From contig CAWANH010000028.1 of the NCBI GenBank assembly GCA_963783375.1, forward strand, positions 1,216,001-1,280,000: a stretch of 64,000 nucleotides of DNA, read 5' to 3'. This stretch comes from Candidatus Eiseniibacteriota bacterium (GTDB lineage Bacteria > Eisenbacteria > RBG-16-71-46 > JABDJR01). The position numbers and the translations under genes were made by a program. The notes under the pieces were generated by a model, which saw nothing but the letters and a program-made list of their open reading frames with translations, was not told the origin of the DNA and made no database searches. Every line of letters starts with the position of its first letter. Within the stretch, counting starts at the first letter, position 1. This document shows positions 21,679 to 31,864 of the stretch, piece by piece.

Positions 21679-22209
21679 ATGACGGTGGCATCGTTCGAGG
21701 GCAAAACGCCCCGGATCGGAGCGGGAACCTGGGTGCACCCCTCGTCCGACGTGTTCGGCGACGTGGTGATCGGGGAGGGGTGCTGGATCGGCCCCGGCGC
21801 CCGGATCCGGGGGGACTACGGCCGGATCGTGATCGGCGACTGCACTGCGGTGGAGGACAACGTGGTGGTCCATGCCCGTCCCGGGGAGGAGACCCGGATC
21901 GGGAACTGGGTGACCCTGGGCCACGGTTGCGTCATCCACAACGTGAAGATGCTGGGCGACTACGCGGTGGTCGGGATGAAGGCGGTGGTGAGCGACTGGA
22001 CCGTCCTCGGCGAATGGGCGGTGGTGGCCGAGGGCGCGGTGGTTCCGCAGAAGCGCGAGATTCCCCCCGGGCGGATCGCGGTAGGGGTGCCGGCCAAACT
22101 CCTCGACAAACCGGTGGACGAGGCCTACAAGGCCGAGTGGACCAAGTTCAAGGCGATCTACGTGGATCTGGCCCGCCGCTACCCGGAGGGGTGGCGGCCG
22201 ATCGAGTGA
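21679..22209 (+). CDS. Gamma-carbonic anhydrase family protein (YrdA/PaaY-like)
   Basis: Hexapeptide repeats, IRGD, VEDNVVVH, LGHGCVIH. Confidence 0.9.
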   Translation: MTVASFEGKTPRIGAGTWVHPSSDVFGDVVIGEGCWIGPGARIRGDYGRIVIGDCTAVEDNVVVHARPGEETRIGNWVTLGHGCVIHNVKMLGDYAVVGMKAVVSDWTVLGEWAVVAEGAVVPQKREIPPGRIAVGVPAKLLDKPVDEAYKAEWTKFKAIYVDLARRYPEGWRPIE

Positions 22210-22228
22210 ACCCGGAGGGGGAGCAGCG

Positions 22229-22951
22229 ATGAGCAAGCATCCGTCGGCGACGCACCCGTGCACGATCTGCGGGAAGTTGAAACCCCGGTCACAACTGGTT
22301 CCCGGCGAGACCCTGAGGGATTCCATAGCCGCTCTCATCCTCGGGGAGCGGCCGGACTGGACTCCCGAGGGCTTCATCTGCCGGGAGGATCTGAACCGGT
22401 ACCGTGCGGCCTACATCGAAAATCTGGTGGAGACCGAGAAAGGCGAGGTGTCCTCCCTCGAGAACGAGGTGGTGGAGAGCCTCAAGCAGCACGAGATCCT
22501 TTCCCGGAACGTGGACGCGGAGTTCGAGCAGCACCTCACGGTGGGACAGCGGCTGAGCGACCGGATCGCCACCTTCGGCGGTAGCTGGCGCTTCATCATC
22601 ATCTTCGGGGTGGTGCTGGTGATCTGGATGGCCGTGAACTCGATCGTGTTGCTCGCCAGACCCTTCGACCCCTATCCCTTCATCCTCCTCAACCTGGTGC
22701 TCTCCTGCATGGCCGCCATCCAGGCCCCCATCATCATGATGAGCCAGAACCGGCAGGAGGGCCGTGACCGCCTCGGGGCCCAACGCGACTACCAGGTCAA
22801 CATGAAGGCCGAGCTGGAGATCCGCCACCTGCACGAGAAGATGGATCACCTGCTCTCCAAGCAGTGGGAGCGGCTGGCGGAGATCCAGCAGGTTCAGATC
22901 GAGTTCATGAAGGAGCTGATGGAGATCCGCGGGAGGGGAAAGGGCGCGTAG
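22229..22951 (+). CDS. DUF1003 membrane protein with N-terminal Cys motif
   Basis: FGGSWRFII, FDPYPFILLNLVLS, APIIMMSQNRQ, KAELEI. Confidence 0.92.
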   Translation: MSKHPSATHPCTICGKLKPRSQLVPGETLRDSIAALILGERPDWTPEGFICREDLNRYRAAYIENLVETEKGEVSSLENEVVESLKQHEILSRNVDAEFEQHLTVGQRLSDRIATFGGSWRFIIIFGVVLVIWMAVNSIVLLARPFDPYPFILLNLVLSCMAAIQAPIIMMSQNRQEGRDRLGAQRDYQVNMKAELEIRHLHEKMDHLLSKQWERLAEIQQVQIEFMKELMEIRGRGKGA

Positions 22952-22997
22952 TGCCCGGTCTCCCGGCGGCGCCGCGGCCGCCGGGAGCCGGAGCCGG

Positions 22998-23366
22998 CTA
23001 CTTGATGAGCCGGAGCGTGAGCGGATACCGGTAGGACTCTCCGCCGTTGGCCTTGATCGCTCCGATGATCGGGAAGATGACCATCATGAGACCCACCACG
23101 ATGAGGAGGAAGATCCCGATCACCACGAGCATGAGCAGGCCGCTCACCGCCGCGGCGATGAACATGGTGATCTGGAAGTTCACCGCCTCCTTGCCCTGGG
23201 CGTCCACGAAGGGATCGACGTCCTTCTTGAGCAGCCACACCAGCAGCGGCCCGACGAGAAAACCGATGCCGTTGGCCAGCAAGCCCACCAGCGCGCTGAG
23301 ATGGCAGAGCATCCCCCACTTCCGTGCGTCCGCCGACAGCATCGCTCCGCTCGAAACATCGGTCAT
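22998..23366 (-). CDS. DUF4870 membrane protein
   Basis: WGMLCHLS, GPLLVWL, QGKEAVNFQIT, YRYPL; AAGGAGG RBS. Confidence 0.9.
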   Translation of the reverse strand: MTDVSSGAMLSADARKWGMLCHLSALVGLLANGIGFLVGPLLVWLLKKDVDPFVDAQGKEAVNFQITMFIAAAVSGLLMLVVIGIFLLIVVGLMMVIFPIIGAIKANGGESYRYPLTLRLIK

Positions 23367-23395
23367 TTTGTTCCCCCTCCTTGGTTTTTGACGAC

Positions 23396-26300
23396 CTACG
23401 GCAACAGTACCATCTTTCTCGACGTCGCATGCCCCATGGCCATGACCCGGTAGAAGTACACACCCGAGCTCACCCGCCGGCCGGCGTCGTCGGTGCCGTT
23501 CCACGGGATCTCGTGGATGCCGGTGGTCTGATTGCCGCCGGAGAGGAGGGTGCGGACCAGGCGGCCGCGGTAGTCGTAGATCTGGAGCCCCACCGGACAC
23601 TCCCGGGACAGCTCGAAGCGGATCACGGTCTGGGGCCGGAAGGGGTTGGGCGCGTTCACGAGGGTCACCACCGGCCCGCCCGTGTCCCCGTCCGGGGTTC
23701 CCGGCACGATCCCGCCCACCGGCTGGAGCCGGATGTCGGCCAGGACCGCCGGGGTGGCGCCGTCGAGGCGGATCACGGTGGGTCCGGCGTCCCCCTCCGC
23801 CCGGAAGGAGGCGGGCTCGTACCCCGGCCGGTCCGCGTAGGCGAAGTAGGCTCCGGCTGAGAGCCCGGTGAGGATCACCGCGCCGTTCTCAGCGCTCGTC
23901 CCCCCCGACACCGGAATATCGATCGGTGACGCCGAGAGCGCGTTCACCAGGTAGAAGAAGGCGCCGGGCAGGTTCTCCTGGTGCCAGGCCATGGCCAGAA
24001 CGCCCGGGTCGGTGAACGTGGTGTCGTCGGGCGTCACCGTGCTCGCGATCCGCACCCGCCCGGCCTGGAGGAACGACCCGCCGTCCGCCGCCGGGTGGAG
24101 CGTCATCACGACCTGGGGCACCCGGAGGTTCGGCCCTCCGGTGACCACCCGCTCGGCGTTCCGCCAGCGGTGCGCGTTGGGGTAATAGGCGGGGATGAAC
24201 CCCTCGGCGTCCACCGCCATCAATACCGAGGCCCCGGCGGGGAGACCCTGGACCATGAAGTTCCCGTCCGCGTCGGTATGGCCGCCGGCCGCCCGGCCGC
24301 CCGCCGATCCGGGCTCGAGAAACGCCCGCACCCGCGCGTGGTCCACGCCGTGGCCGTCGGGGTCGACGATGCGTCCGGTCAGGAAGCCCCCGGTCGGAGG
24401 CGTCGACGTCCGGCCCAGGACGATGATCCCCGCGCCGGCGGCCCGGTTCGGGTAGACCACCAGGGGGCGGGCCTCGGGGAAGGGGACCCCACCCGGGTAG
24501 TAAGCCAGCTCGTACCCCGGGTACTCCGCCGAGACGTAGTAGGAAAGCGACCCGTCGGGGCCCGCGGTGATTCCCGTGGCGTGGAAGCGTCCGTCGGGAC
24601 CGACCTTGGCGCGGACTTCATAGGGCGCGAAGGTTGGGTAGGCGGGGACGATGTGCACCACCGCACCCTCGGCGGGAATCGAGCAGTCGTTGCCGATCGG
24701 TCCGACGCAGTCCGCCTCGGGGAGCACCCGGTAGACCATCCCCTCGATGGTCGCGGTGTTTCCGGGAGGGTACGACCCCCGAAGGGTGAAGTCGACGTGA
24801 CGCGGTGGTGTCCTCCGGGGCCACGTCCACCCAGTCCGCCGAATAGGGATCGGCGAAGTTCCGGAAGTACACGCGGTCCAGACCGGGAGCCTCCGCGCTC
24901 AGGATGTAGGGCGTGTCGGCGGGAACGTTCAGGATGTAGCGCCCATCGGGACCGGTCACCGCCCGTAGGGGGGCCGGACGAGCCACCGTGGAGGGAAGGA
25001 TGGAGACCGCCATCACCGTGGCCCCCTCCACCGGGATGGCCGGCCGGTCCAGGTTCGGGTCGTCATGCACTACGATACCGGTGATCGTGGCCACCGACGC
25101 GTTGGTGAGCGGGGCCAGGTCGAACCGCGGCTCCAGATAGGGCGGCATGGTGATATTCGGCACCCGAAGCGCCAACGCCTGGTCGAAGCGATCGGCGTGG
25201 TTCCAGTACTGGTACCGGTGGCGTCCCAGTTCCCCGGCCACCAGCCGGTAGTTGCCGGCCGGGACCTTGATCGTGAACCGCCCGTCGTTACCGGTGTACC
25301 CCATGAACCGTCCGCCGGGCCCGGGGCCCGCCGGATCGGTCTCGCCGTTCGCGCCGGGTAGCGGGAGGCTGTCGGGGAACACCCCCCCGGCGGGAACCGC
25401 CATGACCACCGCCCCGGCCAGGGGCGAGCCCTCCGGGATGGCGGAGATCTCGTTCACCACGCCGGTGATGGGGTAGAACTGCGGCGGGGGAGGCGTGCTC
25501 GCGAAGATGAGCCGGATGTCGTCCCGGTAGGCACCCGCCGCGAGGTCGAGCGGTTGGGCCTGGTTCGGGTCGGTCACCCCCGGCCACCAGATCAACCGGG
25601 CGGCGAAGTTCCCGGCGGGATCCTCCTCGGGAAGCTCGGCGTGGAGGTAGTAGGCTCCGGGGCGGATCCCCGCGAACAGGAACCAACCCTGGGCGCTGAT
25701 CCGGGTCTGGTGCGTCTCGGCGGTCGGAGGCGGCCCGAGCGCCGAGGGGAGGCTGTCGGAGGGGACTCCGGTCAGGTACACGAATCCGGTGTGGGCCGGG
25801 CGCCCCTCGAACTCGAAGATTCGCCCGGAGAGATACGTCAGGTCGGGGTCCGGGTCCTGGACCCCGAACTCCACGGTGTCCGACCCCACCCCGCGCATCT
25901 CCATCACCACGAAGTGGGTGCCGGGGCCCAGCGGAAACTCGCGGGGCCTGAAGATCATCTGGGGATCGTCCGGGCCGAAGGTGATGCTCTGGCCCGGCTC
26001 CAGCTCGACCCGCCGGAAGAACTCCGGGCAGGCGCGGTTCGGGGTGTAGGCTCCGTCGATGGACCAGGCCACCGGGCAGCCGTCCACCCCGAAGACCCCG
26101 GTGGTGTCCCCGACGTTGGTGACCGTGCAGGAGAGGTTACGGTCGGCGCCGATCGGGCCCCGGTAGGGATCCACCGCGCCCCGCACCTCGAAGACCGCGT
26201 CGGTCGGTGGCGGCATCGCGTCCCGGACCTGGATCTGGACCTGGTTCCGGGCGTACCCGATCACCTCGCCCTCGATCCAGTGCGGGCCGGGGCCGAGCTG

Positions 26301-26663
26301 GTAGTCGGGGGCCCGGTGGGTGAAGGTGTGGATGAGCCGGGTCTCGCCCGGGGCCAGGGTCTGTCCGGTGAGGACGGTGAGACAGGCGACGTGGTCCAGG
26401 TAGCGGTACTGGCCGTCGATCACGTAGTCCGCCTGGCAGGACGAGGAGAAGAAGAGCCTGGCGGTGTCCGGGCTCGCGTTGATCGCGAAGACCTGGATCT
26501 GGATGGGTTCCCCGGGAGCGTACACCGGTTTGTCGGTGGACACCCGGGCGAAGATCGTCCCGGTGCTGTCGGGGGGCATCTGGGCCGCAACCGGGCCGGC
26601 CCCCATGACGGCCGCGAAGAGGATGGCAAACAAGAGCTTGAGCGAGGGTCGGTCGAATCTCAT
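23396..26663 (-). CDS. Secreted protein (~1,088 aa) with BsuPI-like N-terminal domains, carboxypeptidase-regulatory-like repeats and a C-terminal FlgD-Ig domain; frameshift near 24800
   Basis: ORFs 24618-26708 and 23396-24739 join at ...EDTTA|HVDFTLRG; signal peptide; TDKPVYAPGEPI...FSSSCQAD...LAPGE; repeated T..DG.F/Y modules; PNPF...WNGTDDAGRRVSSGVYF tail. Confidence 0.72.
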
Positions 26664-26939
26664 GACGGCTCCCCCTGCATCGTCGGTCGCCGGTCGGCGG
26701 GTGGGCATGGGTCACCCGAAGGGGATTTTTTCCAGCATCGACGATGACTGTGAACCATTCTACCGCAGATTCGCCGGGGGGTTCCAAGTCAGAGATAAAG
26801 TATTCCATGACATAGTCTTGTGACCCAGAGACTGCACGGCCGGACCGGTCCGCAGGACCCCGCGGCGGGGCCTCGGAGAGGCGGGCGGCGAGCTGCGGGA
26901 CGATCCCGGGGCCGGTGGGCTCCCCCGGGCGCGGCGATC

Positions 26940-26956
26940 CTAATCATCCCCTAACA
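26940..26956 (+). promoter_or_regulatory. Pho-box-like direct repeat upstream of pstC
   Basis: CTAATC at 26940 and CTAACA at 26951 (11-bp period), followed by TATACC. Confidence 0.6.
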
Positions 26957-27017
26957 ATCCCCGGGTATACCTTGTCGGCCGAGTCCCGGCCCCCCCGTGG
27001 CCGGGTCAGGGAGAATC

Positions 27018-27986
27018 ATGGCCAGTCTGCCCCGAAACGCCGTCCCCGCCCGCGCCCGGAGCACCGGACACCACCGGCGGGCCGATGCCCTGTTCCACGG
27101 GGCGGCCCGGGTTTCCGCCGCCCTGGTGCTGGTGATCATGCTGGGGATCTTCTACGAACTGGTCCGGGATTCCATGCCGTCGCTCCAGGCCTTCGGAGCG
27201 AGGTTCCTGGTCTCGGCGAAGTGGAACCCGGTGACCGAGGAGTTCGGGGCGCTCTCCAGCATCTACGGCACCCTGGTCTCGACCGCCATCGCCCTCGCGA
27301 TCGCGCTTCCCCTGAGCCTGGTGAGCGCGATCTTCCTGGTGGAGCTGGCTCCGCCCGCGGTGAGTCGCTACGTGGGCTACGGGATCGAACTCCTGGCCGC
27401 CGTACCCAGCATCATCTACGGCATGTGGGGGCTCTTCGTCTTCGCCCCGTACCTGTCCGACCACGTTCAGCCCTTCCTCCAGAGCGCGTTCGGCTTCCTG
27501 CCGTTCTTCAAGGGGCCGCCGATGGGGATCGGCATGCTACCGGCGGGGATCATCCTCGCGCTCATGGTCCTTCCCTTCACCACCTCGGTCATGCGGGATG
27601 TGCTCCGCATGGTTCCCCCCATGGTGAACGAGGCAGCCTACGGGATGGGAGCGACCACCCTGGAGGTGACCCGCAAGGTGACCGTTCCCTACGCGGTGCA
27701 GGGGATCCTGGGGGCGGCCTTCCTGGGTCTGGGGCGGGCCATCGGCGAGACCATGGCCGTGACCTTCGTGATCGGGAACGACCACGGGATCTCGGCGTCC
27801 CTCTACGCGGCGGGCAACAGCATCGCCTCGACCCTGGCCAACGAGTTCACCGAGGCGTCGGATCCGCTCTACCGGAGTTCCCTGATCGAGCTGGGCCTGG
27901 TGCTCCTGCTCATGACCCTGGTGGTGCAGGTGATCGCGCACTTCTGGCTCGCCCGGGTGAAGCGGGGGATGGGGAGGGGCCAGTGA
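27018..27986 (+). CDS. pstC: Phosphate ABC transporter permease PstC
   Basis: WNPV...[33 protein letters not shown]. Confidence 0.95.
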   Translation: MASLPRNAVPARARSTGHHRRADALFHGAARVSAALVLVIMLGIFYELVRDSMPSLQAFGARFLVSAKWNPVTEEFGALSSIYGTLVSTAIALAIALPLSLVSAIFLVELAPPAVSRYVGYGIELLAAVPSIIYGMWGLFVFAPYLSDHVQPFLQSAFGFLPFFKGPPMGIGMLPAGIILALMVLPFTTSVMRDVLRMVPPMVNEAAYGMGATTLEVTRKVTVPYAVQGILGAAFLGLGRAIGETMAVTFVIGNDHGISASLYAAGNSIASTLANEFTEASDPLYRSSLIELGLVLLLMTLVVQVIAHFWLARVKRGMGRGQ

Positions 27987-28828
27987 AGCGGCGCTCGCTC
28001 CGCCGGCGGAAGGCCGCGGACCTCGCCCTCAAGGTGACGGCCACCCTCTCGTCCATGGTGGGGATCTTCTTCCTGGGCTGGATCCTCATCGTGGTGGTCC
28101 ATCGTGGAATCTCCGCGATCAACTGGACCTTCTTCACCCACCTTCCCGCTCCTCCCGGGGTCGCGGGCGGGGGGCTCGGGAACGCCATCCTCGGGACCGC
28201 CGCCATGACCCTCATGGCCGCGGTCATCGGGGTGCCGGTGGGTATCATGGGCGGGGTGTACCTGAGCGAGTACGGGCGCCGGGGCCGGTTCGCCGGCTCG
28301 GTCCGGTTCCTCATCAACATCATGATGGGGATCCCCTCGATCATCATGGGGCTCTTCATCTACGCGCTCCTGGTGGTGCCGTTCGGCCACTTCTCGGGGT
28401 ACGCGGGGGGAGTGGCCCTGGCCCTCCTCATCCTCCCCATCGTGGCCCGGACCACCGAGGACATGTTGACCCTGGTTCCCAACGCCCTCCGGGAGTCGGC
28501 CCTGGCCCTGGGGACCCCGCGCTGGCGGGTGACGGTGGAGATCCTCTTCCGGGCCGCCCGGACCGGGCTCATCACCGGGCTCCTCCTGGCCGTGGCCCGG
28601 GTGAGCGGAGAGACCGCACCGCTCCTGTTCACCTCGCTCAACAGCCCCTACTGGCCCACCAACCTGAGCCAGCCCACCGGGAACCTCACCGTGACCATCT
28701 TCAACTACGCGATGTCCCCGTATCCGGACTGGCAGCGGGACGCCTGGGGAGCCTCGCTCCTCATCATGGCCGGCGTGCTCTCGCTCACCATCCTGGCCCG
28801 CCTGGCCGCCCGGGAGAGACGAACATGA
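27983..28828 (+). CDS. pstA: Phosphate ABC transporter permease PstA
   Basis: [35 protein letters not shown]; GTGA overlap with pstC. Confidence 0.95.
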   Translation: MKRRSLRRRKAADLALKVTATLSSMVGIFFLGWILIVVVHRGISAINWTFFTHLPAPPGVAGGGLGNAILGTAAMTLMAAVIGVPVGIMGGVYLSEYGRRGRFAGSVRFLINIMMGIPSIIMGLFIYALLVVPFGHFSGYAGGVALALLILPIVARTTEDMLTLVPNALRESALALGTPRWRVTVEILFRAARTGLITGLLLAVARVSGETAPLLFTSLNSPYWPTNLSQPTGNLTVTIFNYAMSPYPDWQRDAWGASLLIMAGVLSLTILARLAARERRT

Positions 28829-29673
28829 GGATCTTGCCCGTGGAAACGCCGCGAATCGTTCCCTCCCCGCCCGTTCCGGAAACCGCCGCCCGCGGTCCGG
28901 CCCCCGCTTCCGCCGGTTCGGCGGCCAAGGTCTCGGTGCGCGGGCTCTCGTTCTTCTACGGCGATCAGCAGGCGCTCTTCGACAACGACCTGGACATCGC
29001 CGAAAACCGGGTCACCGCGATCATCGGACCCTCGGGGTGCGGGAAGTCCACCCACATCCGGGTCTACAACCGCATCTTTCAGCTCTACCCCGAACAGCGC
29101 GCCTCCGGATCGGTGACCCTGGACGGGGAAGATCTCCTGGCTCCCTCGGTGGACGTGATCGAGCTTCGCCGCAAGGTGGGCATGATCTTCCAGAAACCGA
29201 CCCCGTTCCCGATGAGCGTGTTCGAGAACGTGGCCTACGGGCTCCGCACCCATTATCGCCTCCGCAAGCACGAGGTCGCGGAGCGGGTGGAGAAGGCGCT
29301 TCGGGCCGCCGCCCTGTGGGAGGAGGTCAAGGACCAGCTGGGAAAGCCGGGAAGCGCTCTCTCGGGGGGGCAGCAGCAGCGGCTCTGCGTGGCCCGGGCC
29401 CTGGCGGTGGAGCCCGAGGTGATCCTCATGGACGAGCCGACCTCGGCCATCGATCCGGTGGCCACGTCCAAGATCGAGGAGCTGATCGAAACGCTGAAGG
29501 CCGAGTACACCATCGTGATCGTGACCCACAACATGCAGCAGGCGGCCCGTATCTCCGACTTCACCGCCTTTTTCTACAAGGGCCGCATCGTGGAGTTCGG
29601 TCCTACCGACCAGATCTTCACCAACCCCGCCCGGAAGCAGACCGAGGACTACATCACCGGGCGCTTCGGTTGA
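28825..29673 (+). CDS. pstB: Phosphate ABC transporter ATPase PstB
   Basis: [37 protein letters not shown]. Confidence 0.96.
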   Translation: MRILPVETPRIVPSPPVPETAARGPAPASAGSAAKVSVRGLSFFYGDQQALFDNDLDIAENRVTAIIGPSGCGKSTHIRVYNRIFQLYPEQRASGSVTLDGEDLLAPSVDVIELRRKVGMIFQKPTPFPMSVFENVAYGLRTHYRLRKHEVAERVEKALRAAALWEEVKDQLGKPGSALSGGQQQRLCVARALAVEPEVILMDEPTSAIDPVATSKIEELIETLKAEYTIVIVTHNMQQAARISDFTAFFYKGRIVEFGPTDQIFTNPARKQTEDYITGRFG

Positions 29674-29817
29674 TGCCCGGTCGCCGCGGGGAGGGCCCGG
29701 TCCCATGTCCAGGCGTTTGACCGGGAGTTCGGCGGCGGGCCTCCCTGGACCCCTGGGCCGGCGTCTCCCGGGACGGTATGATCGCTCCCGGAGCGATCGA
29801 TCCCCAGCGAGGTGGCC

Positions 29818-30507
29818 ATGTCCCGAGAGCGGATCCTGGTGGTGGACGACGAGGAGGACATCCTCGATCTCGTCCGCTACAACCTGGAAAAGGACGGCTA
29901 CGAGGTGACCTGTCTGGCCTCGGGAGAGGAGGTCCTCCCCGAGATCCGCCGGCGCCCTCCCGATCTGGTGATCCTCGATCTCATGCTTCCGGGGGTGGAC
30001 GGTCTCACCGTGATGAAGCTCCTCAAGCGCGACGAGGCTGCGCGGCGGATCCCGGTGATCATGCTCACCGCCAAGGGGAGCGAGGCGGACATCGTGACCG
30101 GCCTGGAGCTGGGGGCCGACGACTACGTGACCAAGCCCTTCAGCCCCCGGGTCCTGGTGGCGCGGGCGCGGAGCGTGCTCCGGCGCGGGGAGGGGGAGGG
30201 ACAAGGTCCCGAGGCCGCGGTGCTCCGCCGGGGCTCCATGGTGATCGTTCCCGCCCGCCACCAGGTACAGGTGGACGGGGAGCCGGTGGATCTCACCGCC
30301 ACCGAATTCGCCGTCCTGGCCCACCTGGCCGGCCGTCCGGGATGGGTCTTCACCCGGAACCAGATCATCGAGGCGGTGCGGGGGGACCACTACCCGGTCA
30401 CCGACCGCTCGGTGGACGTCCACATCACCGGCCTCCGGCGGAAGCTCGGCCCGGCCGGGGACGCGATCGAGACCGTGCGCGGGGTCGGCTACCGGTTCCG
30501 GGAATGA
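29818..30507 (+). CDS. phoB: OmpR/PhoB-family response regulator (probable PhoB)
   Basis: Receiver (VDDE, LDLMLP, KPFS) plus winged helix (RSVDVHI, IETVRGVGY); embedded in the pst cluster. Confidence 0.85.
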   Translation: MSRERILVVDDEEDILDLVRYNLEKDGYEVTCLASGEEVLPEIRRRPPDLVILDLMLPGVDGLTVMKLLKRDEAARRIPVIMLTAKGSEADIVTGLELGADDYVTKPFSPRVLVARARSVLRRGEGEGQGPEAAVLRRGSMVIVPARHQVQVDGEPVDLTATEFAVLAHLAGRPGWVFTRNQIIEAVRGDHYPVTDRSVDVHITGLRRKLGPAGDAIETVRGVGYRFRE

Positions 30508-30571
30508 GCTCCGGACGGGGCCCCGAATGCGTCCTCCGGGAAGGATCGGGTCCCCCGAGCCCGCGCGCGTC

Positions 30572-30610
30572 CTAACCGAGACCTAACACTCCCCTCAACA
30601 CCCCCTAACA
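30572..30610 (+). promoter_or_regulatory. Four Pho-box-like half-sites upstream of pstS
   Basis: CTAACC, CTAACA, CTCAAC, CTAACA at 30572, 30583, 30594, 30605: exact 11-bp period. Confidence 0.72.
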
Positions 30611-30699
30611 CGGGAGCCCTAGTCTCCCTCCCCGAAGCCCGGCGGGCCGCGCGGCGCCCCGACCGGAGACGGGTCGAAGGTGAAAGGAGATCCCGTTTG

Positions 30700-31758
30700 A
30701 TGCGCAGATCATTTCTGAAACTCGCTCTGGCGGTCGGTGGGGTGGCGATTCTGGTGGGAACCTCGGGCGGCGCCCTCGCCGCGGACCAGGTCGTCTCCGG
30801 GGCGGGAGCCACGTTCCCCTACCCCATCTACGCCCAGTGGGCCGACGCCTACAACAAGCTCACCGGCGTGAAGCTCAACTACCAGGCCATCGGCTCCGGC
30901 GGCGGCATCGCCCAGATCAAGGCCAAGACGGTCGACTTCGGGGCCTCGGACGCGCCGCTCACCAAGGCCCAGCTGGACGAGGCCGGACTCATGCAGTTCC
31001 CCATGATCATGGGGGGCGTGGTGCCGGTGGTGAACCTGAAGGGGATCGAGGCGGGCCGGCTCAAGCTCACCCCCACCCTGCTCGCCGACATCTACCTGGG
31101 CAAGGTGACCAAGTGGGACGACCCGGCGGTGGCCAAGGTGAACCCCGGCCTGAAGCTTCCCGGCAAGGCCATCACCGTGGTCCACCGGAGCGACGGGTCC
31201 GGGACGACCTGGATCTACACCAACTACCTGGACAAGGTCTCCCCGGCCTGGCACGAGAAGGTCGGCACCGACAAGGCGGTGGACTGGCCGGCCGGCGTGG
31301 GGGGGAAGGGAAACCAGGGCGTGGCCGCCTACGTCCAGAAGATCAACGGCTCGATCGGCTACGTGGAGTTCGCCTACGCCCTTCAGAGCAAGATGGCCTA
31401 TGTGATGCTCCAGAACCGGGACGGCGAGTTCGTCGCCCCCACCATGGACACCTTCATGGCCGCCGCCGCCAACGCGGACTGGAAGGATGCCCCCGGGTTC
31501 TACCTGGTGCTCACCGACCAGCCCGGAAAAACGAGCTGGCCGATCACCGGGGCCTCGTTCATCCTCATGTACAAGAACCAGAAGAACATGGCCACCGCGG
31601 AAGCGGTGCTGAAGTTCTTCGACTGGAGCTACCGGCACGGCGACGAGATGGCCCGGAAGCTGGACTACGTGCCGATGCCGGACAACGTGGTGCAGCTGGT
31701 CCAGGAAGCCTGGAAGAGCCGGATCGCGGGCTCGGACGGGTCGGAGATCTGGCCCTAG
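30700..31758 (+). CDS. pstS: Phosphate-binding protein PstS
   Basis: GAGATFPYP, NYQAIGSGGG, HRSDGSGTT, WPITG. Confidence 0.96.
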   Translation: MRRSFLKLALAVGGVAILVGTSGGALAADQVVSGAGATFPYPIYAQWADAYNKLTGVKLNYQAIGSGGGIAQIKAKTVDFGASDAPLTKAQLDEAGLMQFPMIMGGVVPVVNLKGIEAGRLKLTPTLLADIYLGKVTKWDDPAVAKVNPGLKLPGKAITVVHRSDGSGTTWIYTNYLDKVSPAWHEKVGTDKAVDWPAGVGGKGNQGVAAYVQKINGSIGYVEFAYALQSKMAYVMLQNRDGEFVAPTMDTFMAAAANADWKDAPGFYLVLTDQPGKTSWPITGASFILMYKNQKNMATAEAVLKFFDWSYRHGDEMARKLDYVPMPDNVVQLVQEAWKSRIAGSDGSEIWP

Positions 31759-31864
31759 ATCGAGTTGCGGCGAGGGCCGGGGCGAGGGCCCCGGCCCTTC
31801 GCGCGAGCGCGCAGAGTTCTGAAGCGCGCGATCCACCCCCGGCAATCAGAACAAGGAGTCTTAC

